A stretch of 63,226 bases of DNA, filler included, from Globobulimina sp. (GCA_003354225.1; 51 parts of 51 records of this genome joined end to end with filler, not necessarily neighbours in it); one strand, 5' to 3'. Shown: positions 1-12,324, counted from the whole stretch's first letter. Notes: generated from the sequence alone by a model not told the origin. A program made the numbers and translations.

Positions 1-392
1 TTTTTACGGCTGGAAGTACAATGTCCATCATGTTTTGGACACTTATTTTATTCTCGTGTTGTATGTTAGTATGTTTTGCTTTATTTTGTTGGCAGAGAAG
101 GAAAAATAAAAAGAGTGTGCAACATAATGGTGCTAAATTTGAGGCGATAGAGATGGCGGAGCCGGCTGATGCGCGATCAATTGGTGATGATGAGGAAGAG
201 GATGAAATATCATCGATACTACATTCAAATGATAATGAGGAGGAGGAGAAACGTGAGGAGATATCGCATGAATTTATGTATAAATTGACAAATGCGGAGG
301 ATGTGGATGAAATGATGGTGACTGATAAACTAAGACAAGATGTGGTTGATGGTGAGGATGAGGATGCAGATTCACTTACGTTTGTCGAATAA
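1..392 (+). CDS. C-terminal part of a single-pass membrane protein (TM helix plus acidic cytoplasmic tail), probably 5'-truncated
   Basis: Hydrophobic IMFWTLILFSCCMLVCFALFCW, then the basic stop-transfer RRKNKK and a D/E-rich tail; T-rich 3' UTR follows. Confidence 0.6.
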   Translation, partial: FTAGSTMSIMFWTLILFSCCMLVCFALFCWQRRKNKKSVQHNGAKFEAIEMAEPADARSIGDDEEEDEISSILHSNDNEEEEKREEISHEFMYKLTNAEDVDEMMVTDKLRQDVVDGEDEDADSLTFVE

Positions 393-1143
393 ATTAAACA
401 TTCTTTTCCAGTATCCACAACAGTATGCATTTAACTTTTATCTTTTTTTTGATTTGTATTATTGTATACTGTGTGCACTAAAAAAAAATGCACATTGTAT
501 ACTGTATTAGTAAAACTTAATAAATTATAAGTAATAAATTCTTCTTTTTCCTTTTTTTTGTGTGTTTGGTGTGTTTGAATGATTGGTTTAATAGCACATT
601 TTTAAATAATCAAAGGTTTGGATTTCTAACTCTTGTGTGTATGAGTTCGGAACCTGGACCTTTTTTTTTGAGATTATTCGTTTCTGTGTGAATGAACTTA
701 TAGTTAATTATTAATTATGTTATTATTATTTATGTACTCTATTCGATATTCAATGACTTTGCACAGTTGGAAAACAGCATATATTGGGTTGTTCTTATAT
801 TGTTATAAATTGGGACCTAGGTATCCTTAATTGCAATAGATGAGTTTATAAAGGAGCGTAGTTGTCCCGTGTTAGCAATATATTAAAGAACAACCCCAAA
901 CAAAAAACACAAACATAACATAGCAACAGCATGTTTTTTGTCATGATAAGATAAATGATAAGTTTGAGTGAAACTTTCTTCAGTTTGCATGCTGCTTGGA
1001 ATCGCAACCTTTCTTAATCAAACCAACAAATTACTTTAGACTTATTCCAACAAATCTCTCAATGAGCAACAATTACAGCATAGGCTATTTGTTGCTGTGT
1101 TTAGCAATACATATATCCGCAAGAATATATAATATTACATTTC

Positions 1144-1243
1144 NNNNNNNNNNNNNNNNNNNNNNNNNNNNNNNNNNNNNNNNNNNNTTAATTAATTAAN
1201 NNNNNNNNNNNNNNNNNNNNNNNNNNNNNNNNNNNNNNNNNNN
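1144..1243. other. Artificial contig linker N44-TTAATTAATTAA-N44 (first of 50, recurring about every 1.24 kb)
   Basis: An identical 100-nt spacer with stops in all six frames separates segments of 1143, 1142 and 1141 bp in descending length order. Confidence 0.99.
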
Positions 1244-1395
1244 ACACAAAGGTAATACATTAAATAATATAATGCGAACACAAAGAACATCCAATATATG
1301 TATTTTGCACCAGATATTCAGAAAAAAAAACAATTATTCGTTTCTGTTCTGATTATTTATAAATTAGAATATCATGTTTTTGTGTCAGCCTTATA

Positions 1396-2127
1396 TTATG
1401 GTGCTACCTCAATGCCATATATCATTCCAAAGTATGGAGCATTGGCTGCAGCAACACATTGAGATGAATATATTTGATCTTGCGTATCATAATCCATTAT
1501 ATACAATAAATCAGCAGATAATGATAAATTCAATGCATCATATTGTCGTCCATCATATACAAATGACTGAAATGGTAAACAAACAGATATCTGAGAACCA
1601 GGTAAATGTTTATGAAAATATTGAGTGGTTTGATTTACGATAAGATTATATTGCTGCGATTTTATATCGTTGGCTAACATTGGTGCTTCGTAATCAAATA
1701 CAATTCCATCGTAATAATAATAGGTAACTTGCTCAAAAGTTTGATTAATCCATATTGCTCTTTCTGTTTCATTGAATGTTAGAGGTATTTGGGATGAATC
1801 GATGCTTGCTACTAATCGAACGCTATGTGAATGTGCAATGCACATTAAATTTGGTGACGATGTTGGTGCCCATGCTAATGTTGTAATATATGTCCAATTA
1901 TAAATGGACGAATTTGTTCCATATTTCCCGCTAACAAATCCAAATAATTCCTTGTCATGGTGAACTTTAATATTATCACAGAATGTTATATTTGCGCATG
2001 GACATTCCTGTGATTCGTTTTGTTTCAGAATAAACTCATCGTAAGCTAACAATGTAGATTTGTTAAATGTATGGTCACCAAAAGAATCTGTACAGATTAA
2101 AATGAGAAAAAAGATCATCGACACCAT
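1396..2127 (-). CDS. CTBS: Di-N-acetylchitobiase-like GH18 glycoside hydrolase (secreted/lysosomal), 3' part missing
   Basis: Signal peptide MVSMIFFLILIC; CPCxxxxxC; YNWTYITTLA; LMCIAHSHSVR; GH18 catalytic YDGIVFDYE; IMDYD. Likely splice donor GAG|GTAGCA near 1407. Confidence 0.85.
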   Translation of the reverse strand: MVSMIFFLILICTDSFGDHTFNKSTLLAYDEFILKQNESQECPCANITFCDNIKVHHDKELFGFVSGKYGTNSSIYNWTYITTLAWAPTSSPNLMCIAHSHSVRLVASIDSSQIPLTFNETERAIWINQTFEQVTYYYYDGIVFDYEAPMLANDIKSQQYNLIVNQTTQYFHKHLPGSQISVCLPFQSFVYDGRQYDALNLSLSADLLYIMDYDTQDQIYSSQCVAAANAPYFGMIYGIEVAP

Positions 2128-2486
2128 GTTTTCTTTGCTCAGTCTGAATATTTTTCTTAAGCATGGCCGACATGTCAACACAACCAATTTGTGAAGCATC
2201 AAAGGTAATGTATCATTTTTGGTTCGAGCACTTTGAAACAATGGATGATATTTCTCGTATTCTGATATGCGGCTCATTATTTTGCTACAGTTATTCACAT
2301 TTTGTTAGCATTGATAAACAATATGAAACAGCACCAAAAAATTGGATTTTTCTGCATCATGGCATAATGCATTTTATATTACCAAANNNNNNNNNNNNNN
2401 NNNNNNNNNNNNNNNNNNNNNNNNNNNNNNTTAATTAATTAANNNNNNNNNNNNNNNNNNNNNNNNNNNNNNNNNNNNNNNNNNNN

Positions 2487-3629
2487 ATGCAATGAAGAAT
2501 TAGCCGAGAACACGGATTCTGAGTTATGTGTAAAATGTACACACAACAAAACAAAACAACAATTCTATGGCCTTAATGATGATGCGATTGATTTTAAATT
2601 AGCAGTATTCGAAGAAGATCGCAAACAGATTGATGTGAAGGAGAATCAACAAAACAATATCATACAAACAATACCATCATTTGTCGATGTTTGGACATCG
2701 AAAATCAAGACAATTGAATCCATTCCACCGCGGTTTGTACGCAAAATCATTGATGTTTATGCATATTTATTACATAATGCACTGCCATCAAATAATATGT
2801 ATTACAAACCAAGTAAATGTATTAGCACTGCCATCAAATAATATTAATCCCAAATTAAAAGCCAAAGACATTGCGACAGCGGCCGTAGTGGTCCCTGTAT
2901 GCAATTTTTCAGATAATGACGACGAGGATTTACTATCTTTCGGCGAGTATAAGCAAATACATATTAATAAATTTAATCATACCACAGATTTTAGTGAGAA
3001 ACCGATGAATTTCAAATCATTGAATCATAAAAAGCTTTGGCATCATTGCAAGAAATTATATGGCGGCAAGAAGACAGTAATTACGGCACAAGAGTGGTTC
3101 CAGGAAGATAACAACAATAAGAACACACAAATCCGACCACTTCAAAGCAATAATAATAATAACAATAAAATTAATAATATCCAACAGTTAGAATGTAAGG
3201 TCAACGAACAAAAAACAGTGGATACAATGAATAACAATAATAATTACGATAACAAAGCAGATATTATGTGCGATAAATGTAAGAAGCAATTTAATTGCAA
3301 CCAAATTGAATTTGATATCGATCAAATAACATTTATTAGTGAATGGTATTGTAAATTTTGTATCAAAAGTAATATTTCATTGAAAATCAAATGGAGATGC
3401 AACCAAATTAAATGTAAACAACATAAAAAACATTGGACTCGTTTCACGACATTGAAAAAACACCATATCGCAACAAAAGGTGATGATATTCATTTACAAT
3501 CCAAATTCTTTGATATATTTAACATAACAATATGTGTTACAATTGGATGCAATGAAGAATTAGCCGAGAACACGGATTCTGAGTTATGTGTAAAATGTAC
3601 ACACAACAAAACAAAACAACAATTCTATG
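2487..3629 (+). mobile_element. Circular or tandem 1060-bp unit encoding a Cys/His-rich region resembling the N-terminus of a CRE-type non-LTR retrotransposon ORF
   Basis: 2487-2569 is identical to 3547-3629 (83 bp). Read across the join, the ORF gives zinc-finger-like CxxC/CxxxxC...HH motifs, then IPSFVDVWTSKIKTIESIPPRFVRKIIDVYAYLL, like the pre-RT 'PSLEE...PTLxHIP' segment I recall from CRE elements. Confidence 0.4.
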
Positions 3630-3729
3630 NNNNNNNNNNNNNNNNNNNNNNNNNNNNNNNNNNNNNNNNNNNNTTAATTAATTAANNNNNNNNNNNNNNN
3701 NNNNNNNNNNNNNNNNNNNNNNNNNNNNN

Positions 3730-4872
3730 TTGAGTGGTGCTAATTTTAATAAATTCTTACAATGATCGATTATTCGATCAATCACTTCATCAAACATATG
3801 GACCCAGACTGCATAATCCAACTCCAATTTATCTTCGTCCAATATCCATTTTCTATGTAGATATTGATATTTATATCAAAATCACAGTGTATTGAGGACC
3901 ATTGTCAAGTAGCACAAGGTGTGCATGATCGAGCTAGCACGCTCCAAAAAACTTTCAAGTAAAACATTAAAACATCGAAGCATACCCGGGAGTGCCTAAG
4001 AAATCGCGCGTCTCTATAAACTCAGATATATCCTCATACGTTTTCATATTCTTCTGCCTCTGCAATAAATTATATTCCTCTAATTTCTCCATCAAAAAAT
4101 AAACAAATTGCGTAGGTAATGTGATGTTATGTGACTGCGGTTTGTTGCAACCCTCAAACGATGGGTCATGAATACCTTTTTTCTGCTGAATATCCCGCGC
4201 ATAAAACGTCTCCTTTGCGTTTGCAAAATTGCGCTTCAACAACGTATAATCACTGGGGCGCTTTGACCGGAATTCTTGTAACCAGCCATTTGGAAATAGA
4301 GCGCCTAACAAAGTAATAAAATGTTTGTCGATATACGTGGATCCCCAGGCACCTACAATAAAATCAGCAAACTATCAAACAACAGTTGTGTGACATATAC
4401 ACACAGTACCTCCGGACGGCTGATATACTTCTTTCACACTGAAATCATCAATAACTTGATGGCACGCTATATCTGCTGTACCTAAGCAACAACAAACAAT
4501 ACGCAAAGATAAGGAGAATGGGGAAAATAAGCACTATGAATTTATATGTTAACCTCCTCCCAAATCCAACAGCAAATATTTCTCGCCAGCAGTCAAATAC
4601 TGTTTTGCTTTTTTCTCATCTCTTTTTTCTTCGTTTTTGATCTTTTTCTTAGCCAATAAACGCTTATAATCCTTGATTTCATTTTGTATGGATATGCTGG
4701 CACAATCTGGTTCGTACGCAATCACCAATTGGTTTAATACCTTTTTGTTCGTAGTTAAGCCAGCTTCGACGGCCCATTCTTCCATTAAACCTTTGGAGGT
4801 ATCACTCCATATCGCCGGCACAGTTAACACCCATTTGATGTCTGCGCCGTCCGCTGAGATGTCAATGTCATT
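3730..4872 (-). CDS. HSPA12-like atypical Hsp70 (internal fragment, multi-exon)
   Basis: WVLTVPAIWS, AYEPDCAS, YLLLDLGGG|TADIACH, PSGG|AWGSTYID; reading restored by GT-AG introns 4553-4482 (72 nt) and 4409-4353 (57 nt). Confidence 0.88.
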
Positions 4873-5029
4873 NNNNNNNNNNNNNNNNNNNNNNNNNNNN
4901 NNNNNNNNNNNNNNNNTTAATTAATTAANNNNNNNNNNNNNNNNNNNNNNNNNNNNNNNNNNNNNNNNNNNNCAAAGCCACTCAAAAAATTTTTTAGTAC
5001 ACATCTTGACCATGGCCACAGCGTAAATT

Positions 5030-6114
5030 TTGCTACATTTTACACAGAAATGCACGTATACCCATTGGCTGTATAACATATTGTCAGTGCACGCATGTTT
5101 AGACAACGAAGAATGTCATAACATGCGTGAATCCTTGCATAAATTGGGAGAATTATTCAAAGCGCACGTTCCGGTTTGTTTCTGTGGCGATGTCTTCATT
5201 TACGTACAGTCCCCGTACGAATTAGATTGCAAACATTGTTTCCGCGAATTAAAAGAAAACGACAAGACATATTTCTGTAAGTCACGCGATGACTGTCAGC
5301 ATTGGAACAACTCCTATTATCTCTGCGAAGATTGCGTCAAAGAACTACGCAAACACAAAGAAAAACGCATCACTCCCAACACGCGAATAAAGCAACGCTA
5401 GCAGCGCTCTGTGCAGATACTCAGCGAATGCATCAACGAATTGATTGAAAAGCACGACAACGACGGCAAGAAATGGCTGAAAATGGCGTATAAAGTGGAC
5501 CAATGCAAGCAACACAGCGAGAAATTATTAAAGGATGTCGAAGATGAATGGTGCGCGGAATTTGATGACCGCTTTGCTGCCTTGGTCTCGAGCGTCAAGA
5601 TCAGAGTCCCGCTGTGTTTATGCGGTGCGTTTTTTGTGCACGAGACCAGTCCCATTGACTTCCGCTGTCGACATTGCTTCAAATTGTACGACTCTGACGG
5701 CGTAGTTATTCATTATTGTCAGCAACAGCGCGATTGTCAACATTTTAACAGCGACTATTACCTTTGCAACAGCTGTGCAATGTCGCTGCGTTTATCTGAC
5801 GCTGACAATGAACGTATGGCCGACCGAGCTTATGCGCGTTTGATGAAAAGCATCAATATTATCAATTCTGCAGTGGATAACATTAACATACAAGCTTGCG
5901 ACTGGAAGGATGTGTCAGTTCGAGTTTATTTCTACGAACAGCAATTGGAGCGGCTACAGAGCCATTTATCAACGGAGGAGAACGGCGACATTGAGGAGCG
6001 ATTGCAGTCGACGTTATTGTTAATGAAGCGGCATTTGGCCACGTGTTTGTGTGGCAATCTATTCGTGTCTGGCCCGTCGCCGATTGACTATGAGTGCCGT
6101 TCCTGTTTTCATCA
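5030..6114 (+). CDS. Protein with three tandem Cys/His zinc-binding-like modules separated by helical segments; one in-frame TAG at 5399-5401
   Basis: Module CxCGxxF...SP...CxxCF...C....DCQH.N..YYLCxxC at about 5177-5335 and 5615-5776, and a partial third from 6044. ORFs 5030-5401 and 5411- share one frame. Confidence 0.65.
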
Positions 6115-6904
6115 NNNNNNNNNNNNNNNNNNNNNNNNNNNNNNNNNNNNNNNNNNNNTTAATTAATTAANNNNNNNNNNNNNNNNNNNNNNNNNNNNNN
6201 NNNNNNNNNNNNNNTGGAGTGGAATAATTATTATTTAATTGAACACGAGCCTCTGCTATGACACGCATGCTCTAAACATACGACAATAAAATTAATTATA
6301 TATAATATAACGTGAAAATGCAGTATATATCGAATGCAGTATATCACCCATATTTTTCATTAGACAAATTTGTATGAGATGGGAATTTCGATACGAATTA
6401 TTCCATTTAATTGTACTTTATATCCATACCTAATCATATTTTAATTTTCACAAAATTCCACTCATACACTCCCTTTCAAATAACCCCTTTTCCATAACGT
6501 TATACAAATATTGTTCGGTGAAACGTTTCCATAACTTTCCGTATAATAATAAATAAAACGTACAACTTTGACCATATACTTTTCCATCGAAAAGCTTGGC
6601 CGCCAAATTTTTAATATCCATATTATTGTTCTTTATCATCTGAACTTAATGTAGAACCATTTCCAGCTCTAACCAATTTACAAATTTTTTGTTCTGCGCC
6701 TCTTCATATAAATGACGTCCATATTATCCGCAGCATCGATTATAAGCGATTAGTATAGCTTTGGGGTGGTTTAGAAGCATTTGGATGGTTAGATGCTGGA
6801 TTGAGTCGCTTCTTCAGGTTTTTTTGTGATGTTTATGGTGAAAAGCTTAATCAAAGGCAGCATGACAAGCATGGCAACAGCTGCGTTAATAATTTGTAAT
6901 TCAA

Positions 6905-7356
6905 AACTGATTGGAAATGTAAATATTGGTGAAATGGATCATGGGCGAATTTGGTGATGGATCTGGTGATGGATATTCCGCTATGGGCATATGCATTGAA
7001 TCTCTAATAATGTACTATTTTGATCCAGTTTCACGCTCTTTCGCACAGGAAAGTGGAGCAAAGCAACGTGGAGAACATAAAAGTGGAGGATAGAAAAGTA
7101 GTGTACATAAAAGTGCACCATCAAGCAAGTGGGATAGAGACATATAAACCTTGGAAACAAGGGGAAATTCTGAGAAAATATTGGTTGATAATGACTTGTT
7201 TTGCAAGGTACATTTTTAAAATATCTTATGTGCGTATAAATGCTGCATCTTTTTTTGATATCCTTGCACTTTATATCTAAGAAAACAATCCTCAACAGAT
7301 CCATCACCAAATTCGCCCATGATCAATTTCACCAATATTTACATTTACAATCAGTT
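6905..7356. mobile_element. MITE-like element with ~61-bp terminal inverted repeats
   Basis: 6905-6965 is the reverse complement of 7296-7356 with 2 mismatches; no convincing ORF inside; the contig ends in the right arm. Confidence 0.7.
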
Positions 7357-7456
7357 NNNNNNNNNNNNNNNNNNNNNNNNNNNNNNNNNNNNNNNNNNNN
7401 TTAATTAATTAANNNNNNNNNNNNNNNNNNNNNNNNNNNNNNNNNNNNNNNNNNNN

Positions 7457-7856
7457 GGAGCTCGAGTTTGAGCACAAAATGGAACATAAACTCTGTAAAT
7501 TGGACTTGAAATTGATCGATTTTACTAATTTTGTGGTGGTGGGAAACTATTTGAAACCGATGAAAAATGAATATGAGCACAAGAAGAATATGAATAATAA
7601 TAATGTGGACGTGAAGGTGTTGCAATTGAATGATAGATTGGACAATTTGAACGAACCGGATCATGGCATATTGTTTGGTTTGGAGACGATTATTAAACTA
7701 ATGAACGAGTTGAAGGATACGGGCAGTATTAAGGAGAGGAATGAAAAGGAATGGATTGCATTTCGAGATGGAATGTGCCATTCAAAGATGGCATTGTTAC
7801 CGTTTAGTTTAAGTGGACAAGAATTTAATGAGGACACTACCATTAATATTCATTGA
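7457..7856 (+). CDS. Hypothetical protein, C-terminal fragment
   Basis: Open from the contig edge, purine-rich coding-like composition, followed by a T-rich 3' UTR. Confidence 0.45.
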
Positions 7857-8698
7857 CCGATTCATTGTATTAATTGCAGTTTACTGCTAATTTAATTTAA
7901 CAACTTGTTTTTATGTTTGTGCGTATACTGTATTATATATTGGATAATACGTATTTTTTATGGTCAGTTAATTTTCGTTTTTGATTTTTGCAAAGTAATT
8001 ATATTTTTGTTTGTTGTTTTTTATTTTTTTTTGAGTGTGGTTTTGCAGTTTCGACCAAATATAAGCTTTCATGATTAATTTTTTTATTGTTTTTTGTGGT
8101 AGTATGGTTGACATTTCTTCTTTTTTCGTCTGATGTTATCTTTTATATGTTTTATTGTAATAAAAAAAAGTTATTTTGTGGCTAGCAACGTGTTTCCCAA
8201 AATGATCTGTGTCACTGCACCTACGGGAATCGATAACGTTTTGCTTTCTTAAGTAAACTGTGTGTGTGGCTGGGAAATGTGAATACCATTTCATGTCATC
8301 ATTGGTATCATATTTATGTGTAAAAATTCTATCCTCATCCAGCCATTTTTTTTTTATCATATGTGTCAATATGATGTTCAATCATCGAATGTTTTCATGC
8401 ATAATATTAAAGCTGTTTTATTCAATGATAAATGTTGTAATATCGACAGTGTTATTGGAATAATTCTTGTCATCATTAAGAATTAAGAATAATACAATTT
8501 TGTTGCTGTACAGGACTACAGATGGAGTTTACATCAAAAGTTATGTTTCTTTATCAGTTTGAAATATTGTTGCAGTGTTTTGGTGAATTATTTGTTGANN
8601 NNNNNNNNNNNNNNNNNNNNNNNNNNNNNNNNNNNNNNNNNNTTAATTAATTAANNNNNNNNNNNNNNNNNNNNNNNNNNNNNNNNNNNNNNNNNNNN

Positions 8699-9840
8699 CA
8701 GCAATGCAAGCAAGGCACTAAACTTTTTTTTTACTATTTGCGGGGCGCCAGTTTTCCATTTTCCTTTTACATTTTTCGCAGTCGAAACTACTTTGGGCTT
8801 TTTCGAGTTCTGTCTTTGGTTTTTGCCGCGTTGCGATCTCCGCTGCGAAACAATCATTTCTTTCGTTAATGGCTTGTACGTTCCCGCAACTATGGAAGCC
8901 GCCGACTTTACGTTGGTTTTCTTCGCTTTCTGCGCGTTTTTCGGCAAACCCGAGCGGATTTTGGTGGTTTTGTTGACGCGGCCTCCGATCACCCAATCTC
9001 TGTACTGTTCGTACAACGACCTCCGTTTAGTTGCATCGCGCAGCAAAGCCAACATTTGCATCAAAACATCCACCCACATTTTCTCTCCGCATAACGGCGC
9101 GAATAACTTCTTAAAGCGGTGGAAAAATACCAAAGAGGAGATTTTCTTGTTGCTGTACGCCGACGATATCAGCTGAAACTGTTTGAAATTGGACTCAGAC
9201 ACTAAGGTCGTACGAATTTGGGCAATCACAGCGGCGTTTTTTTCTTCGCGTAAGCTGGCCACACTGGCAATGGCGTCGGGGATGTGGCGCAAACCCAAGT
9301 TTTGCAGTTGTTTGTTGCGTTTTTGTTGCTTGTAACTGTTTGGAAACCAGCGATGCATCGTTTCGTCCATCCGCCGATGCATTTGCTTCTGCCGTTGGCG
9401 GAGTCTCTCTTCCTCGCTCACTACAATTTGTTGCTGCGGCTGCGACTCATCTGCATAAACTGCACAAAATGGTACAAAATTAAACTGTTTTCAGACAATA
9501 CAACCACATGAACTCAACAGGCATATCTCGAGGAATTCATCTCATTGATGTCGTTCTGCGAGAACATGGTGCTAAAATTCATCGTGGTGTGGCCCTGTCC
9601 GCCGACCGCATTCTTCATCTCGTCGCCATACGTAAAGGCTGTCCGTACGGCGCGCACCGGCTTATTCCATCCGTGCGCTTGCGACTGATGCGAGTTCAGC
9701 AACACCGGGTCGTCAAACACCACCGATTGCAGTTTAGCTAAACAGGCCGGATGCATACACAGATGGTGCAGCTCCTTGTGATGCTGCGTCAGCACTTCCG
9801 CACTCTTATAATACTCCAAAATGCCGCCTTGTTTACACAG
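8699..9840 (-). CDS. ZNF598: ZNF598/Hel2-like ribosome quality-control E3 ligase (internal to C-terminal fragment)
   Basis: EYYKSAEVLTQHHKELHHLCMHPACLAKLQSVVFDDPVLLNSHQSQAH matches the ZNF598/Hel2 C2H2 array. A 59-nt intron (9518-9460) joins it in frame to the C-terminal helical domain (KNAAVIAQIR...FKQFQLISSAY). Confidence 0.75.
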
Positions 9841-10459
9841 NNNNNNNNNNNNNNNNNNNNNNNNNNNNNNNNNNNNNNNNNNNNTTAATTAATTAANNNN
9901 NNNNNNNNNNNNNNNNNNNNNNNNNNNNNNNNNNNNNNNNCCTAAAAATATGTTACCTCCATATAAAATATTACCTCATTCTTGTATCCACATGACTACT
10001 AAATTTAACAGATTTACTCACTTACTAAGACAATAGCTCAGTACATGTCACAGATCAACTTTCAAGTTGGATCTAACACCACTACCATACGAATTAGTTT
10101 CAGATTCGCAATTTCCCAATTAGATTATCATGGAGTGGACGGACGTTTTGAACATTACTCATTGGGCTGGATTTATTGTATATATTTTGTGTGTCATGCA
10201 AGGATGAATAATTGATCAAATATACCGAGTTACAACAAATATTATGCAAATAAAGTACCGTACCATGCCATACCAAAGGAATATATGTTTTTGCTTCCTG
10301 TGAAATGGTCGATGGTACGTACAGTTTTCTGCAGTTTTCCAAAAGCTTGACTGAATATTCACCAGCTCAAATCTAAATGCACGGGTCACTAATTACATCC
10401 AATTGTGAGGATTACTGGCAATGATGATGAAAGTGTTAGCATTAGCTGGTTGTAATATT

Positions 10460-11082
10460 AATGGCGAATGTCCTATGATAATTGATCCTATCCGCTGTTA
10501 TTATGGTTATGGTGTTGAAAATGGCAATCAATGTGAGGCAGATTGGGTGGATGTACAGTAGGTTGAATGTATCAGTGCAAATAAAGTGTAGAAATAATTA
10601 AAAGGAAAGAAAAGAAAATCGAGTGTCCAGAAGGTTGTTATGCAAATAAAGGGAAATGTTGGTTTATTTCAGACAAAAACCGTGAATTAATTACGTGATT
10701 GCAAATGTGCGTTAGATTATGCACCCATATGTTGTCAAGGCGATGTAACGTATGGTAATGCATGCGAAGCTAATTGTGATTTAGCAACGGAATGTGTGGG
10801 TGAATGTGAGTCGTATGTCACGAGAATATTTCCCAGTGTGTTGTCCAGCATCAGAAGGTGCACAATGGGATGAACAATATGGAAATGCGTGTACTGCCGC
10901 CTGTGTGTCCAGGATACTGCAGAATTAATTGCTTGTATGTATGGTGTATGTGAAGGTCGATGTGACGCATAGTAATTAATGCAATGCGCGATGTTCTGGT
11001 TTGGATGATTTAGGATTGTGTACAGAGGGCGAATGTGGAACCGTGTGTCCATTGAAATATGCGCCAGCATGTTGTGATGATA
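10460..11082 (+). pseudogene. Degenerate multi-Kazal protease-inhibitor-like gene
   Basis: Kazal-like units in shifting frames (CPMIIDPIRC...GNQCEA; CALDYAPICCQGDVTYGNACEANC; ECGTVCPLKYAPACC), broken by stops and frameshifts. Confidence 0.65.
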
Positions 11083-11182
11083 NNNNNNNNNNNNNNNNNN
11101 NNNNNNNNNNNNNNNNNNNNNNNNNNTTAATTAATTAANNNNNNNNNNNNNNNNNNNNNNNNNNNNNNNNNNNNNNNNNNNN

Positions 11183-11676
11183 AAATTGCGGAGGATTCGG
11201 AGGAGGAGAATGGTGATAATAACGATATCGATGATGGTGAGGATGAGGACATTGATTTGAATGATAAAAAAACAGAAAAGCAGGCCGAAAAAGATAAATT
11301 ATTGAATGAGCGGAAAAAGAATTTTTTTGGTAAAGCCAAAGGAAATAAAATGAGGAAAATGAAGAAACAAAAAAAAACATCGAGAAGTTACATAGATGAG
11401 AATGGTATGTTTGTGACTGAAGATATTTGGGTCTCTGACAATGACAATGACGGCAATGATGATGGAAAGGATGAAAACGTGCATTTGCATCAGAATGTAA
11501 CTAACAATGTATGTGACGATGACGATGATGTTGATATGGTGGATAAGGAGAATTCGACTGATAATCAGAAAAAAAAAGAAAAAAAGGCAAGAAAAGTGGT
11601 GAAAGCCAGCAAAAAGGGAAAGAAAAAAAGTGGGAAAAGAGATGGGAATATTACCAATTTTTTTAAAACAAAATAA
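11183..11676 (+). CDS. POLD3: DNA polymerase delta subunit 3 (POLD3/Cdc27), C-terminal fragment
   Basis: KKTSRSYIDENGMFVTEDIW (pol-alpha-interacting DxxGxxVT motif), a charged disordered linker, and a terminal PIP-like GNITNFFKTK-stop. Confidence 0.8.
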
Positions 11677-11810
11677 AGACGGAATGTGTAATGTGTTTGA
11701 CAATATATTGATGACTGAGTTTTTTGTTTTGCTTTTTATGGAGAATTTGTTATTTATTTGGGGTGTTGCAAAAGCGTTCAATATGTTTGATTAAAACTGC
11801 TGTAGGCATC

Positions 11811-12324
11811 ATGTCGTCGACTGAAATATCTCCCAAAATTGAATCAGATGTTACCCATTTACAAGCAAACCCATTTACAAGATGTCGTCGACTGAAATGG
11901 AAGCCCCATTTACAAGAATCAGATTTTATTTTCCTACAACGTATTGATAGAGTAAATGACGGATTTGAGAAACTCAAAAACATTGATATTGCCTATAAAT
12001 ATTTAGTGAGTGGTTACCTCAGAAATCGAGAACACGAATTGTTTGGACATACCACGTGTTTCAATTTACAAACTGTCAATGCTGTTATCTTGTTTTTCGT
12101 TGCATTGAATGAAGGAAAAGCAATTGCAAAGCATGGAAATGACATAATATTAGAAAATGCAGAGTTACGTAGAAGATCAGTAAAATTAGTCACCAGTGAT
12201 CACAATAAATTTATTAAATTTATGAAAAAAATCTTCAAATCGAAATTAACTGAAAAAATATGGAATAAATGTGATCCTCACAATACGCAACGGATTGAAA
12301 TTTGAAACAGAAACATTTATGTAT
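11811..12324 (+). CDS. Hypothetical protein of a lineage-expanded family
   Basis: ATG 135 nt after the POLD3 stop; contains YLVSGYLR...VNAVILFF, a motif style I associate with expanded foraminiferan families. Confidence 0.5.

Noticed and set aside
5399-5401. Window-wide UAG reassignment
   Set aside because: The conserved genes here contain no in-frame TAG, and TAG appears to terminate ORFs at 28384, 38379 and 50783. Only one case exists, kept as a local finding.
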